The position numbers and the translations under genes are program-made. Source: Bispira polyomma (Eukaryota). Taken from it: a DNA stretch of 64,000 nucleotides. This document shows, piece after piece, positions 25,696-38,942 of this stretch. Below the pieces are notes generated by a model, which saw nothing but the letters and a program-made list of their open reading frames with translations, did not search any database and was not told the origin of the DNA. The stretch covers positions 25,358,001-25,422,000 of the forward strand of contig OZ287755.1 of assembly GCA_965649765.1 (NCBI GenBank), given 5' to 3'. How positions within the stretch are numbered: the stretch's first letter is position 1; every line of letters starts with the position of its first letter.

Positions 25696-26271
25696 ATACT
25701 TGTTATCAGATGTATATGTATATAATATGCTTCAATACTTTATGTAACTGTTTGAATCTGATAAATGAATTCACTTAGATGAGGAAAACAATACCTATTG
25801 CATAGTGATAGTTATATTTCTATTTATCATGAAATGCTAAAGAAACGTTTGTGTCACAAGTATTAAACATGGGTGGGAAGTAAATAAACTAAGTAAAGGT
25901 TGTTATAAAGGTATTGACTACAGTTAATATACCGTATATAATTACATATTGTGCTGATATGGAAGAATATAATTTCATCATGTAGAATTTTATGTTACCC
26001 CGGAGTAATATAAAACTGAAATTAAGTATGCTGGAACATATAATGTCCCTAGTTACTTGATACAAACACTGCATTACTGGTATAGTAATAAGTTAATGTA
26101 TGTTCGTTGGGGCTCAGCTAAATCTAGGTACTTTACCTCAGTTAATTTTTCCCTTGTTTAGCACTCAAGATCAATCTGGAGCAGCCCTAATTTTGACGAT
26201 CTTGGCGGCACCCTGCTGAATCCTCTGGACAACCTGCTAAAATATTAACAAAATGTCTCGATAGTCCGGTG

Positions 26272-26560
26272 GTCACCCTGGGTGATCTTTACGGACCCAA
26301 CGATACAACTGCGATAACCGGGGCCCCAGGGGTCTCCCGTCCCAATCGTAAAGATCAGTTTGGGTAACCTTCTCGACTGTAAAAATCAGTCTGGATGACT
26401 ACCCCGATCATAAAGATCAGTCTGGGTGACTTCCCCGATCGTAAAGATCAGTCTGAGTGACACCCTGTTTGACTAATCTCCTTTGTTTGTCTAGGGTTTT
26501 GGTGGTGTCACCCCAGTTGATCTTAACAATCGGGGAAGCCACCCAGGTTGATCTTTACAA
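26272..26560. repeat. 31-bp repeat, four direct copies plus inverted copies
   Basis: CCCCGATCGTAAAGATCAGTCTGGGTGACTT-like units at ~26341-26464; reverse-complement-like copies at ~26272-26302 and ~26504-26560. Confidence 0.7.
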
Positions 26561-28779
26561 CAATGTGGATTCCATTTTCTTGTTTTAGGGGCATGGGGGG
26601 AAATACACCCAGATCAACTAGGGTGGCATTAGGGTTACTCAGGGCTACCCCCGATTATCCGGGCCCAGAGAGGGGTAAAATCTACAATCGGCCCATTTTC
26701 TGAATATGTCGAGAAACTTCATGATCACGTTATTTGATCCCTGGATCATCAGGATTACAACCCTGACTGTCCAAATCATTATGATCGATCAGAAGAGCTA
26801 CAGGATTAAGTTCAGGGTGCCCAATCTATCTTGACACTTTTTGTCTGAATACTTTTTGTCCGTACCGCCAATTTTAAATTCTCTAGATAAATAGAATACC
26901 ACTCCAAGATGATGACCAAAAAAGGTGTTATCAAATGTAAAAGAGAGTTTTATGCATCCAATTTCTAACTCATATCCAATAGATATACAATTAGTCCAGC
27001 ATTTTAAAAAGTGTTTATCCAATGTGTCGTCTTGTCTGAATGATACTGCAATGTTATTTTTTCATCCTGTGTGATGTAATGAAAGATGAAAATCAGACCA
27101 AGTTTTCCTACTTGGGGTTTGGTCTTAATGTCTCAGTTTATGGTAACCTTAACCTTCTGCGAAAAACTGACATTCCCAAACAGTCCTGTTGCTATGACAA
27201 CACAAGGTCACCTTATGGCCAAAAGAGATGCACCATGTCAGACCTAATGAATACCTTACGTCTAGTATTTCTATGAATATATATATTTTTTTTTCTGTGA
27301 TGCTTATTGTTCTTTTTCTTTGTTTACTTTGCGTGTTATTTAATTTTTTTAAATGTGTGTGTTCGTTAGAATGTACATTTCTACAGGAAATAAAGAATTA
27401 TTATTAGTATTATTTTTGGCTGATATCAACACATCAAGTGGGTAACCTTTTGGGCAAGATTGATTAATTCTGAAAAGGGCACCGTCATCTTCGAAATAAT
27501 ATGTAAGGCCTCCATGGATTGATTGGAAGCAATCGACCCATCCAAACTGAGGGGTGGCAGGTTAATTTATGTAGGGGTGCCAAGCGAGCCTGAGTATATA
27601 TAAATGGTCATTATCAATGTTATGCTGTGGTCACACTGGGCTTATGTATCGATTATGTACCAAAAATGGCTAACATAAGGTATTGTAGTACACCGGTAAT
27701 CGAAACACCGACCGTAATGCCTTAAAAAAGGTACTATTTGGATTTTAATTCTCGTAACTGGATTCCGAAAATAACACACTTCTGTAACTTTCAGATGTTT
27801 AATTCACGTAATTCATTTAAAATTATATATTTACCAATTATCAAATGAAGTAAATCACTAAACATCCCTTCAAAACAACACATTTACAATGTCTTTTCCC
27901 AACTTTAATTTACTTAAGTGATATACAATTTGGCCGCCGATTGTTTACCTGCAAAATACCTGTCACATGAGATTTTAGTATACGGTTTGTGCTGTACTTT
28001 TGGATACTGGAATACACAATGAGATAAAAGTGATTAGTGCTGGTATTTTAATTATTTGGTGCCAACTGTGTCTTTTATATCATTTGAGCAGCATATTGCT
28101 ACCTTTACTCCAACGAAACAGTAATCCGGTTTTTACCGACATTTGCAATTCGCAAACCGGAAAGACGTTTCCGATCTGGTCCAACCACTAACGTAAGGTA
28201 AAACATAGTGAAAAGTAATGAAACATAAGCAGAACGTAGTGTACATAAGCATGCATGAGTAAGATTTTAGCCGTTTTTTGAAAACTTTCCTGAAATGGTT
28301 GGTGCATTTGCTGGAAACATATGACACATATTTAATGCGTATTTGACTTAAAGCACAGCAGTAAAACGAACTATACATCCAAATAATATTAAAACGATGA
28401 GAACAAAACGGGTTTAGAAAAGTGGCTAACATATTTTAAAACGTGGCCAACAATACAAACATAATTGAAACGGCTATTAAAACATGTCAATTGCGTGTAC
28501 AAAATGTGTACAGATGCGTACTGAACATGTACAAAACGGCCCATACATTGATTTTTTGCTACGTTTCCCCGAATTTTCAGTTCGTTTGTCTCCTTTTTTT
28601 ACGTTTACGGAAATTAAAACCTAACACGAACGCAGCTCAGTGTCACCACTACATTACTGTATTTCACACTGTGCGCCTAATGTCACACCTATGTCTTTTT
28701 TTTAAACAACTGTTGTTTACCAATATAACGAGCCAATATAAACGAGGTATAAATACTTTACTCTATAAAAAATGAAGTT

Positions 28780-29172
28780 CACCTATCTTTGTCACAAGGG
28801 CAACCTACTGGCCTGGTATTGCTCGACCTCTCTGCTGCCTTTGACACCATTGATCATTCCACGCTTCTTCAGATTTAGTTTGGAGCTAGGTGCTCTGTTC
28901 TTAAATGGTTCACTTCCTACTTAACTGATTGTTATCAGTCGATAAAAATTGGTTCTACTTTGTCCGATCTTTGTTAACTCTTGTTTGGTGTTCCTCAAGG
29001 TTCTGTTTTGGGCCACAAAATACACAGGTATTAAGTTTCATTTTTATGCAGATGATACCCAAATTTATGTGCACCTATCCCATAAGAACACATCTACTGC
29101 CTTTGAATAGTTGAACAGGTGCCTTGACGATGTGAAAGAGTGAATGTCAACTGGTAAACTCAAACTTAATCT
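28780..29172 (+). mobile_element. L2 LINE RT fragment
   Basis: LVLLDLSAAFDTIDH, GVPQGSVLG and YADDT remnants. Confidence 0.9.
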
Positions 29173-29719
29173 TATAAATTATAATGAGAAGATCTCGTTA
29201 TAACGACAACTTAACTCTCTCATTATAACTAGATAGATCTGTCATAACAAGGTACTCATACATCGCTATAAAAAAGCTTATCTAGTTTCCACAAGATTGT
29301 CTTGTCAATTTATCTTGTTACATAGCAACTAAATTATCTCTCAATATAACAAAATTATATTGTGGGACAAGATATTACAGTCGTGAGAATGGTATTATCT
29401 TGTTATAACGGGGGTTCCATAATAAATAAATAAATAATACATACATTTTTAAAGTAACTATATCTATGGTATACTGCAAAAGCAAAGACTAGAGTAGTGC
29501 ACCCTGTGTGTTAGGGCAAAGGTTTAACATTAAATTTCACTAATCAATAATAATATATTTAGTTGGTTGATGTGGCAATGTGTCATTGATGTCAATTTAT
29601 CTTAATTAGTGGCAGAATTCGGGTTAGTAATGACCTGGTGTTCTCTATTTTAGTCACAGTGTAAACTTCTATTTATGAAATAATCTTTTTCATGTATTTA
29701 TACATCACTTGTTATCCCC

Positions 29720-30080
29720 TTTCAACGACATTGGAGAGGATATGGGAACTGCCTGTCATTCCGTTCATCCCACAATTTTTGTCTGGACTGTAACTTAGAA
29801 TCTATAAGTGCAGTGACTTCATATTTGTTGTAAACCATGTGATGTAGTTTTAAGATTTTAACCGATTTGGGCAAATCTGCCTGGGTAGGTAATAAGTTGA
29901 TTGTCCAGAAAGTATCTCGGTAACTTTAGGTGGCAGCGACTTCACTTTGCTGCAACTGTAGATCTTATGGGATTATTGTGTAATGTAAGATTTTGGAAGG
30001 CTGTCTAAGTGGGCAAATAATTGTTTGGACTATATCTCAGCAAGAAATTACAGTAAATTCATGTTTACCACAACTTTGTA
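29720..30080 (+). mobile_element. Possible HINE/DINE-1-like (Helentron-associated) element
   Basis: TTATCCCCT...GAGAGGATA short inverted repeat, degenerate GTCC/TTCC microsatellite, then repeated TTGTCTGGACTGTAACT-like cores. Confidence 0.4.
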
Positions 30081-30381
30081 CCTTATGGAGTAGTTGTGTA
30101 ACCGGTACACCTTTTTAGCTCTGACAGCTTTGTGAATAATTCAATCCACCTTATTGAATTTAGAAATACAAAATGATAATTATAATGCAGCATATGACGT
30201 ATATACAGGTGTACAGTCAGCATGGAGTCAAACATGCAGTCAGCCACATTGTAGTGATAACTGATGTCCAGGTAATTTTTGAAGTTGAATGTAGTCCTAT
30301 CTATTGCTGATGCTATCATCCTAACAAAATAGTCTAGTTTAACACATTAAAGTGAGTATTGCAGAACAGTAGTTACATATA

Positions 30382-30585
30382 AGTTATAAACATGACATAT
30401 TGTTTTATGCTTATTTATTCAAAAATGGTAGCACAAAGAACCTATGTGAGTTATAAACATGATATATTGTTTTATGCTTATTTATTGAGAAATGGCAGCA
30501 CAAAGAATCTATGTGAGTTATAAACACAATATATTGTTTTATGCTTATTTATTCAGAAATGGCAACATAAGGAATCTATGTGAGT
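30382..30585. repeat. 67-bp tandem repeat, 3 copies, overlapping the sulfotransferase start
   Basis: AGTTATAAA starts at 30382, 30449 and 30516. Confidence 0.9.
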
Positions 30586-31841
30586 GGAACGCTAATCACA
30601 GTTCTTGTGATTGCCATTCAAACCAACATCTACATTAGGAGGCAGTTTATAGTGAACACAAGTCCAGGAAAAAACAACACGATATGGATGCATCAGGAGG
30701 CAAGCAGCGTCAGCCCAATCAATAATGAATCCACAACTATTACATCAACATTACCATACAAAACATTACAAAACCAATCATATGAGTTTGTGCTTCATGA
30801 AGATCTACAGACTTTTGAGCCTTTCAGGTTGGATGCTCCCCTTCCATTTCTCAAGAATCACACAAATCACTGTCTTTTGGATGAGAGGTCCAATCAATAC
30901 TGCTTATCCTACTTCCTTGCAGCCCAGAAATGTGGGACAACTGATCTTTATGAAGTGCTACAGAAGCATCCTCTGATACCCAAAGGAGACAAGGAATACC
31001 ATTGGTGGGACAGACGAAAGTTCAGAACTTATGCGTTTCACTTGTTTCGTGAGAGGAACCTGTTACAATATATGGATATGTTGCCACGTCTGGAGACAGG
31101 ATTAAAACAAATTAGAAAAACACAAACAAATCAAAGATCTGGCAAATCTCACCAAATGATCATCGGTAAGTGTACAGCTGGAGTGTTGTACGTTCAGCTC
31201 CAATGGAAGAAGATCAGGCCGAATGAGGGATTCAGTAAATCTGTGGTTATATCTGCACATGAAATAAAACACTTAACACCTAATGCCAGTTTTATTGTGG
31301 TGTTGCGGAACCCGACATAAAAGCTTTATTCCGACTGGCTTTTTTACTCCCATCTCGCAAACAGGAAAGCAAAACCGGAAGAACTACATGAAAAGACTGA
31401 AAAGGTTAAAGGGTGGTTTAGTAAATGTATGGCTGAAAAATCAAGGAATGGATCTTGTTTATATGATATCCCAGATTATTTGAATTCAGGTAAAAAATGG
31501 CATCTATCTATACATCCTGGGATCTGGTAGTACAGCTGAGACCTGGCTTATAAAGTTAGTTTCTGAGAGACCGGTTTGAGGTGTTTCCAAGGGAACAGTT
31601 TTACATATGTACCTTGGAAGACTATTCTATAAACAGGACACACTATGTGCATGAAATAGTCACGTTTCTAGGACTTGAAAAATTACCAGCGAAGGCATTA
31701 CTGACCGATAAAGTTGCATTAAAGGCCATTTATAAATATCCTCAGATACTTCCAAAAACAAGATACATGTCGGACAACTTTTACAGGCCTCACAATGAAA
31801 AACTCTCAAAAATGTTACATAGCATTAAATATTTACTTTGA
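30559..31841 (+). pseudogene. CHST15 (GalNAc4S-6ST)-like carbohydrate sulfotransferase pseudogene
   Basis: Signal anchor; 5'-PSB QKCGTTDLY; KEYHWW; 3'-PB VVLRNPT*KLYSD; VFPREQ; FYRPHNEKL. Stops at 30568-30570, 31318-31320 and ~31528-31566, and a frameshift before 31581. Confidence 0.85.
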
Positions 31842-32284
31842 ATGTCCACTGTGAATATTATAAGATTTTATTTGTGGGTATATTTTCAATATAAAATTTC
31901 AATATCTCTGCTGTAGGAAGAAATAGGACACTTTATGTTCTATGTGTAATTTTTAGTGGAGTATTTTGTTTAGATAAATAATTGATTTTAATATAACCTG
32001 TATACATAAATGGGGTACTCAGTGTTCTATATTTACTAAGCCTTGCCTTCTTTTGACTAATTTTAATACCTTGCCACTGTAAAATGTATTATTTGATATG
32101 CTATTTGTCCCCCACCGAACCAAGACAGTTCTAATATTGTATGACGTCATGTCATAAACAAGGTCACACCTATTGGATCATAAATCTTTTTAAAATAATT
32201 AGCTTTTATTGTGTAGGTTACACAGGTTTGGCCACATATAGTTTATTTAACACAACAGTTAATTTGCCACGTTTACTTATCATG

Positions 32285-32500
32285 TGATGTAGCGGTTATA
32301 CTCTTGCCTCCTAGTCAAGGTTCAATGCTCAGCTAGGGCATGTATTTCTAATCTTAGTTCTTGGCAGACTTGGTATAGGCCAGTGGCTTGCAGTGCAGAA
32401 AACCCTAACCAACTATCCTGTACTACATTCTTACACCAATAAAGTAGATGTCGCCATAAAATAGTGGTTGTAAGCATTGTTAAATTAAAAATAAGTAAAT
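32285..32500 (+). mobile_element. Diverged tRNA-derived SINE
   Basis: A/B-box-like TGATGTAGCGG and GGTTCAATGC; a GTGCAGAAAACCCTAACCAACT core resembling family A; GTTAAA plus A-rich tail. Confidence 0.45.
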
Positions 32501-32999
32501 ATAAAAATCAAATCTAAAGAAATAAATTCATATTTTTAATTGGTGTATGTTTCAGACATATTCATTCTCAGGTTTTCAACATGGACCATTTAATTCTTTC
32601 TGGAACTTCATGATAATTCAGTTCAATATGGGAAGTTCTAGTGTGTACTTTAAAACATGATCACCATCAGCCCTGTTCTGCTTTGGCAGTAACAGTTACC
32701 AGTGCTTGTTTGCTGTACCTGCACAGTCAAAAAGGTTAATAATCTATTTGACCCACAGCCTAGTCCACCTCTAATTAGGCGGAATAATAGTTACTTGTGT
32801 TGGGTGACTGTACTTATGCAGTCTAAAAAGCTTAAAAATGCTCACTGATCAGGATAAAGGCAGATAAATGTGCTGAAAAATCAAATACAATACAAATATC
32901 CAGAATTAACTAAACAGTGTTCGGACATGTTGGATTTGGGGGTAGAAATAACACTGTTTAGATAAAAATAAGTATTAAACACTAAATCCTAATACCCTA

Positions 33000-34420
33000 A
33001 TTATGTGATAGTAGATATGCAGATTCAACCATAATTCTGTCATATGTATACATAATTATTTATTATAATTTTATCTTTTATTCAGGGGACTATTGTCGAT
33101 ATGGCTGTACCCTGTATTCCTAGAATTTAGCCAAATATAGTAAGCCTAAAAGAGAATAGATTTTTTTTACTGACAATTATCGACAGAATTCGTTTGATAT
33201 TTGACTATTCTGTGTGATATGAGATAGACTTACTTCCTTGTATAGCACTAACCTAAGCCGTAAGTTTATGTCATTTTGGGAGATTTCACATAGAAACAAA
33301 TATATCAAATGATTTAAAGGTAGATTTTCTTTTAAATTCATTATTATAACGACATTATTTGGCTGTTTGCTTTCAACCTTAGTAGGCAGTGAAGGGGCTT
33401 GCATATAAGCAGGGCAGTGTTTTGCCCATCAAAAATTTTTACCATCTGGTATAATCATCTATTTCTATCACATATGATAGCGGCCCGGGTGGATAATATT
33501 ATTCCCCAAAATTTTTTAATTTATAAGAATATGGATTTTGAAATTTTTCCATAGTTCCAAATATATGGTTTCAAGCTATAATACATCCAATACCTAAAAA
33601 TTCAGTAAATGGTCCATTTGTTTCACTACACTATAGGGGTATAAGATTACTATCATCAATGAGTAAAGTATATTCGTCTGTCCTAAATAATAGGTTAGTA
33701 AACTTTTGTGAATAGCTAGACTTACCTGTCGATAAACAAAATGATTTCAGAAAAATAGGGCTCACAAGTGTAAAATCAAAACCTAAACTTAGGTCATATG
33801 AACTATATCAAAGCAAATCTGAAACAGAAGGTTAACTCTTCTTTAATTTGACAAAGAGAGAGATATATTATTCTCCCCTTAAGGATTGAGACTGGTAGAT
33901 TTCACAATACAAATGACCCTGTAAAAGGAAAACTTTGTAGGTTTGTAGGGTTTAATTCATCTGAAATTCAGGTTGGAAATTTATGTCAAGACTTTGTGAC
34001 TAGAATAAATTTTGGAATTTTTTAAGTTTTCTTTGTTTATACATTATTCACAGTAAGACAAAACAAAGTGCTATATATCCTGGAATATCTCTCAGATTTG
34101 TATGCAACATAATATCGTCAATAATTCTAACATGTTAACATGGTCATTTTGAATTAATCTAGGTAACACTAGGTAACACTAGTTGCATTCTAGTTGATTT
34201 AGTCAATATCTTATAATCTGTGTTCAAAATGCTTAAAGGCCTCAAATTTCACAAATAGCGCAGATCTTTATTAGGTATTTATCAAATAATACCTAAAGCT
34301 GTCAAACAATAAGAGTTTAATATCAGGCCAAACAAATTATAAAAGTTTTGTGGTAAAGCCATAACTATCTGAAATATTTTTTATTGCTTTAGGGCCTTTC
34401 AAATTTCTTGTTGGAGCATT
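33000..34420 (-). mobile_element. L1/Tx1-clade LINE RT remnant
   Basis: Minus strand reads FVWPDIKLLLFDSF ... RPLSILNTDYKILTK (~34340-34200), the L1/Tx1 RPISLLNxDYKI motif. Boundaries are approximate. Confidence 0.6.
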
Positions 34421-34832
34421 AATAGTGCCATTAATGCCTTGTTGATATATCCTACTCTAAGGTGCTTGTTCACTAAAAGGGTTAGTCCTACATAATAGCC
34501 TGGGTCGTCATCAGTGTGCAATGACATATTTGCATCTTTTCCAAGGATATTATCCCACTGATAAACATATATACCTTCTGATCACCAGACCAATCTATCC
34601 AACCACAACTTGAACTTGCGACATTCTGATCAATAGACCTTCTCCCTAAACACTAGGCCACAGAGGATCACATGTACAAAGTATATTTGACATACGTTAC
34701 ATATTTGACAACATACCATCAATCAATGTTTTGTAAACAATAAATAATTATTAGGGGTTCAATTTTGTTACAGGTTACAACAGAAAATGTAAAATTAGCA
34801 GCCTTCCTGCAACATTCAATAATGATTCTATA
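34420..34832 (-). mobile_element. tRNA/CORE-like SINE with L2-type tail plus shared 5' flank (copy 1)
   Basis: A-box TGGCCTAGTG, B-box GCAAGTTCAA, CCTTGGAAAAG...ACCCAGG core; colinear with 50195-50620. Confidence 0.7.
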
Positions 34833-35128
34833 TTTAATGTTAATGTTTTTACTTCTACAGCGCCACAACTGATGACCAGGCATCCTCTGTGGCGCATATA
34901 CTAATAAGTGTGCAAGAGAGTTCAGTCATAACCAGCAGTTGAATGCTGATAGAGATGTGTTTTGAGCTTTTCTCTGAAGCCTGTGATGCCAGTCTCAGTT
35001 CAAAGACTAGTAGGAAGACTATTCCACTCAGCAGATGCTGCAACTAAGAATGATTTTAAACCAGCCGATTTTTTAGGTAGGAAACCGAAGGTGAAGAGAC
35101 AATTACCTCTTATAAGAGACGGCATAGA

Positions 35129-37600
35129 TGATAAGTAGGCAGGTTGTTGTACATGGACTGTCTTAATTTAAGGACAATTACCTGAAATTTAATACGGAAC
35201 TTAATAGGCATATATACTCAAAGGCACGGCAATACAAACACAACAAACATAAACAAACAATACCGACAATGTGCCAAAGGACACACACCACAATAACACT
35301 GTGGCGCAATGTCTACTTTCTTCTCTACCATTATCAAGATACGACTTCAGATTAAGAGAACTAACAACATAAAATAATTGAACATGTCAATGAGTAACTT
35401 TATGCACAAACATATAAAACCAAGTCTTGCTGCACCCATAACGTGTTTGACAGAACCTTAAGCTAAAGTCCAATAGGTGAAGCCATTATCCTCATGAAAG
35501 ACTATAATGTGGGTTTGTGACTTGTCCATAAGCAACGGTAGTTATGAGAGAATCTAGTCATTAAGGTGTCGTGGAGGACACCAAGGCCTACGAGTGTGTG
35601 AGTCAGGGAGGCCGGTATTGGCAGGGTGGCTGTCAGTAAAGCACTTTGCAGGAGAGCCGGCTCAGCTGTTGAGTCGTCAATGATGGAAGTAGAGGGAGGC
35701 GGTGCCTGCTCCTGTAGTGCCTGCTCGTCTGGTACAAAGCTGGCACAATGTAACGGAATGTGGGTAGATAACTGAGATAAGTCTTCAGATGTGTCACTTG
35801 CATAAGGAGCCGAGCCGTTATAGGTATGAACCTGAGAAGAAAGGTGTGATGTGAGAATGATGTAAACTTCACTGTATTTCAGCTCATAAGATTTGGCACA
35901 GAATTGAGAACCCAAGAGCTTCCTTGCCCACAAACAGGTTTTGTCCAAAGACGTTACAAGATACTTTTCCCTTGCTATGTGTTTACTGCCATGCTGTTTT
36001 ACATACACTAAATCACCCACTTTAACATCAGCCTTTGTAGCCACCCATCCACTGGGTAGGTTGCTCCGGTTTTTTTTCTGATGGTGTCAATTGATGATCA
36101 TGGTCTATATCAACAGCAGTAGAATGTCTGTCATTGATGCGCCATGATGTATCCTGTGGATTAGATTTGCCGCTATCCGTTAGAAAGGTACAGCAAATCT
36201 GGATATTTCAAGCGTCAGTGGAAAAATATGCCGAAAATTCTCGAGGAGCCTCAACCTTTAAAAAGTCTCCAGAAAATAGTGTATAATGTGTAGGAGCTCT
36301 CAGCAGAAATGATTGTGAACGCCTTACTTCAGATGGGGTATTGTCTTTGCGGTTTGATCTATATGAGATACTGTGTTTCCCCTGTATAATGATCCTGTCA
36401 CTCGGTATATCAAGAAGAATGTTATTGTTTCTCATGAATGGGACACCAGCTAATATATCACAATCCAAATCTGCTTGCCTCTGAAATGATAGGGTCTCTC
36501 TAGACAGCTCCACATGAACTTCACATGCTTTCATATGTGTCTTGCCATCAGCTTGACCTGCAGAATGTAGTGTAGGAGATATTGGTATCTGTAATTTGAC
36601 CGCAAAATCATATTTGATGAGTGAAGAGGTAGCACCAGAATCACAAGTAATCATAACAGGATTGTGGTTATAAAAGGCTTTAAAACTAGTAGATGCTGAG
36701 GTAGTGACTTTTTGGACTGTTGTTCTCGTGACCAGTATGGTCTAGTCATTCATCTCCTTCCAAGTTTAGATCGCCAAGCTCTACGGAAATGCTTTCTTCA
36801 TCCTCAGGGGATGAGTGTGTGTCTACCTTGAATAATTGGGGCATATCCTTTTTTTCAGCTTTAGTAATGTAATCACATTGGGAGACATAGTGGCAAATGT
36901 ATGGTCTGTTTTCGGCTTTACAAATTTGACACTAAGGCTTTAGGTTGGCGGACTTTAGGTGTGTTTGAGAGCCATACAGAGCTCACTTCTTGTAAGGAGG
37001 AGGCCTTTTCTGGTTGTATGGAGTGAAGACTCGAGATGCCTTGACCTCTTCATTACGTATTTTCTCTAGAAATCCATCCAACGCATCTGTGATTTGCGAC
37101 TGTTAGTCCTTTAATGACATTCTCTGTAAATCGTAAGCAAAGGTGTGTTTGCACCAGTGCCGGAAGAGAGGGGTGGATAAATTCCATCCAATGTAGAACA
37201 GCCAAATGCTCAAAAGTTGGGCTGATATCCTCATCTTTTTCTGGTTAAGTGTCATTATGTTTTAGTTCTTTTTGCAAGTGTGCAAGGATGCGTTGGTATA
37301 ACTTTTCCGGACGTTCAACATCCTTGTAATGGAAGAAAACTTCATAAACTGTGTTGCAGACTATTGGAAGCCGTAGTACTTTTCTGATGATTTGACAATT
37401 GCTATTTATACTGGTACTGTTACGGACAATGTCAGTTGCTAAGTAGTTTAGGTACCCACTGTGTAATGAGACCCAGCATTTGCTCCAAGTGGGCAGCTTT
37501 TTGCTCCTTCGTCAGTCCCTCCCAATCGGTAAAGCCCCTTGAGGGTTGTCTGAGATAAGTCCCAACCAAGTAGCTCTTGTTTCTATGAATGGTTTTAATG
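35129..37600 (-). mobile_element. Gypsy-type LTR retrotransposon remnant (gag, protease, integrase tail, PPT, 3' LTR) with RT/RH deleted
   Basis: Gag zinc-knuckle-like CQICKAENRP...HYVSQC (~36930-36870); protease CDSGATSSLI (36654); integrase C-terminus VKVGDLVYVK (36044); PPT at 35329-35316 followed by a ~187-bp LTR-like segment ending in CA at 35129. Confidence 0.8.
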
Positions 37601-38167
37601 TCTCTGGCTGTTAGAATAAGTCAACTAAAATATACTTTAAATATGTAAAAAACATTTGAGTGCCCTCATTAAGGGGGCCTGGTCTAAACCAGCAAAAGGG
37701 TGGAGACTAGAAGGTGGGGAACCAGAGTGCAAGACTTCAGTCGAGCTATGCTGCTGACAGGTCCAAGCCCGACCCCGGAACCCGCACCCCCCCTCCCTGC
37801 GTTGTTGGGCGTTAAGTGAGAAAACAGAAGTCCACCTTCTGCAGCTTGCTCCCAGACAGCGCTATAGCAGAACTACAGGAGTAAGTAGGGGATGTAGAAT
37901 AGAAACACACATTCTATATATTTTAAATGGTGTACTGCCTTGTTGAGTTAAGTTTAATAAGTGAATCCCTTAGGCTATTCGACGGGAGTCTTTGCTTATT
38001 GGGTTAATTAGAACCAATAGAATTTCACGGTCATTGAGACAAGAACAGTTTTACGAAAGGCCCTACTAGCACTGACCATACTAGCCTATTTGGACTACCT
38101 TACATATATGCAAAGTATATGACTCACTGTTTTAGCATACACCGCTCTACATTCTGTACATTCTGTG

Positions 38168-38942
38168 GTAAGTTTCATTTTTATGCAGATGATACCCAAC
38201 TTTATGTGCACCTATCTCATAAGAACACATCTACTGCCTTTGAACAGTTGAACAGGTGCCTTGACGATGTGAAAGAGTGGATGTCAACTGGTAAACTCAA
38301 ACTTAATCCCGACAAGACTGAGTTCATAATCTTTGGCTCAAAACAACAGAGGGATAAGTTGAAAGCATTGTTTCCAGTTGACATCCTGGGTAGCCCTTTC
38401 AGCCCAGCTAATTCTTGTATGGTTTGACTGACTTTTCTTTCTCTAAACACGTTCAGAGTGTCTGCAAAACCTGTTTTGTGCAACTCCGGGACTTTAGATG
38501 TGTCAGGCAGTTTCTCACTTATGATGCTTCTATACTTGTGGCCAATGCTTTTGTCAGTAGTAGACTGGATTACTGCAATTCGCTTTTTAGGAGTCTCTCA
38601 AAGTTTAATTTACATAAATTACAATGCATTCAAAATAGTGCAGCTAGAATTGTGTCAAACACCAGTCGATAGACCAGTATAACTCCTGTACTTAAGAAAT
38701 TGTATTGGCTCCCTCTTGAACAGCGTTCAGTGTTTAAGACAGCTACACTTGTTTCTTCACACTAGGTTTCCAAAGTATTTTGCCCCATATCTTTCCACTT
38801 ACAGTAGTTCCTACAATACCAGACGTAGTCAGAGTGGTAGTAATTTCCTTGTTGTTCCAAAGTTCCACCCATCTACTCAAAAGTCGGTTAAACAGTTTGG
38901 TCACAGCTTTGCTTTTGATGCTCCCATTGTTTGAAATGCTGA
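38168..38942 (+). mobile_element. L2 LINE RT/C-terminal fragment
   Basis: FYADDTQLY, KLKLNPDKTEF, SRLDYCNSLF and IQNSAARIV. Confidence 0.92.
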
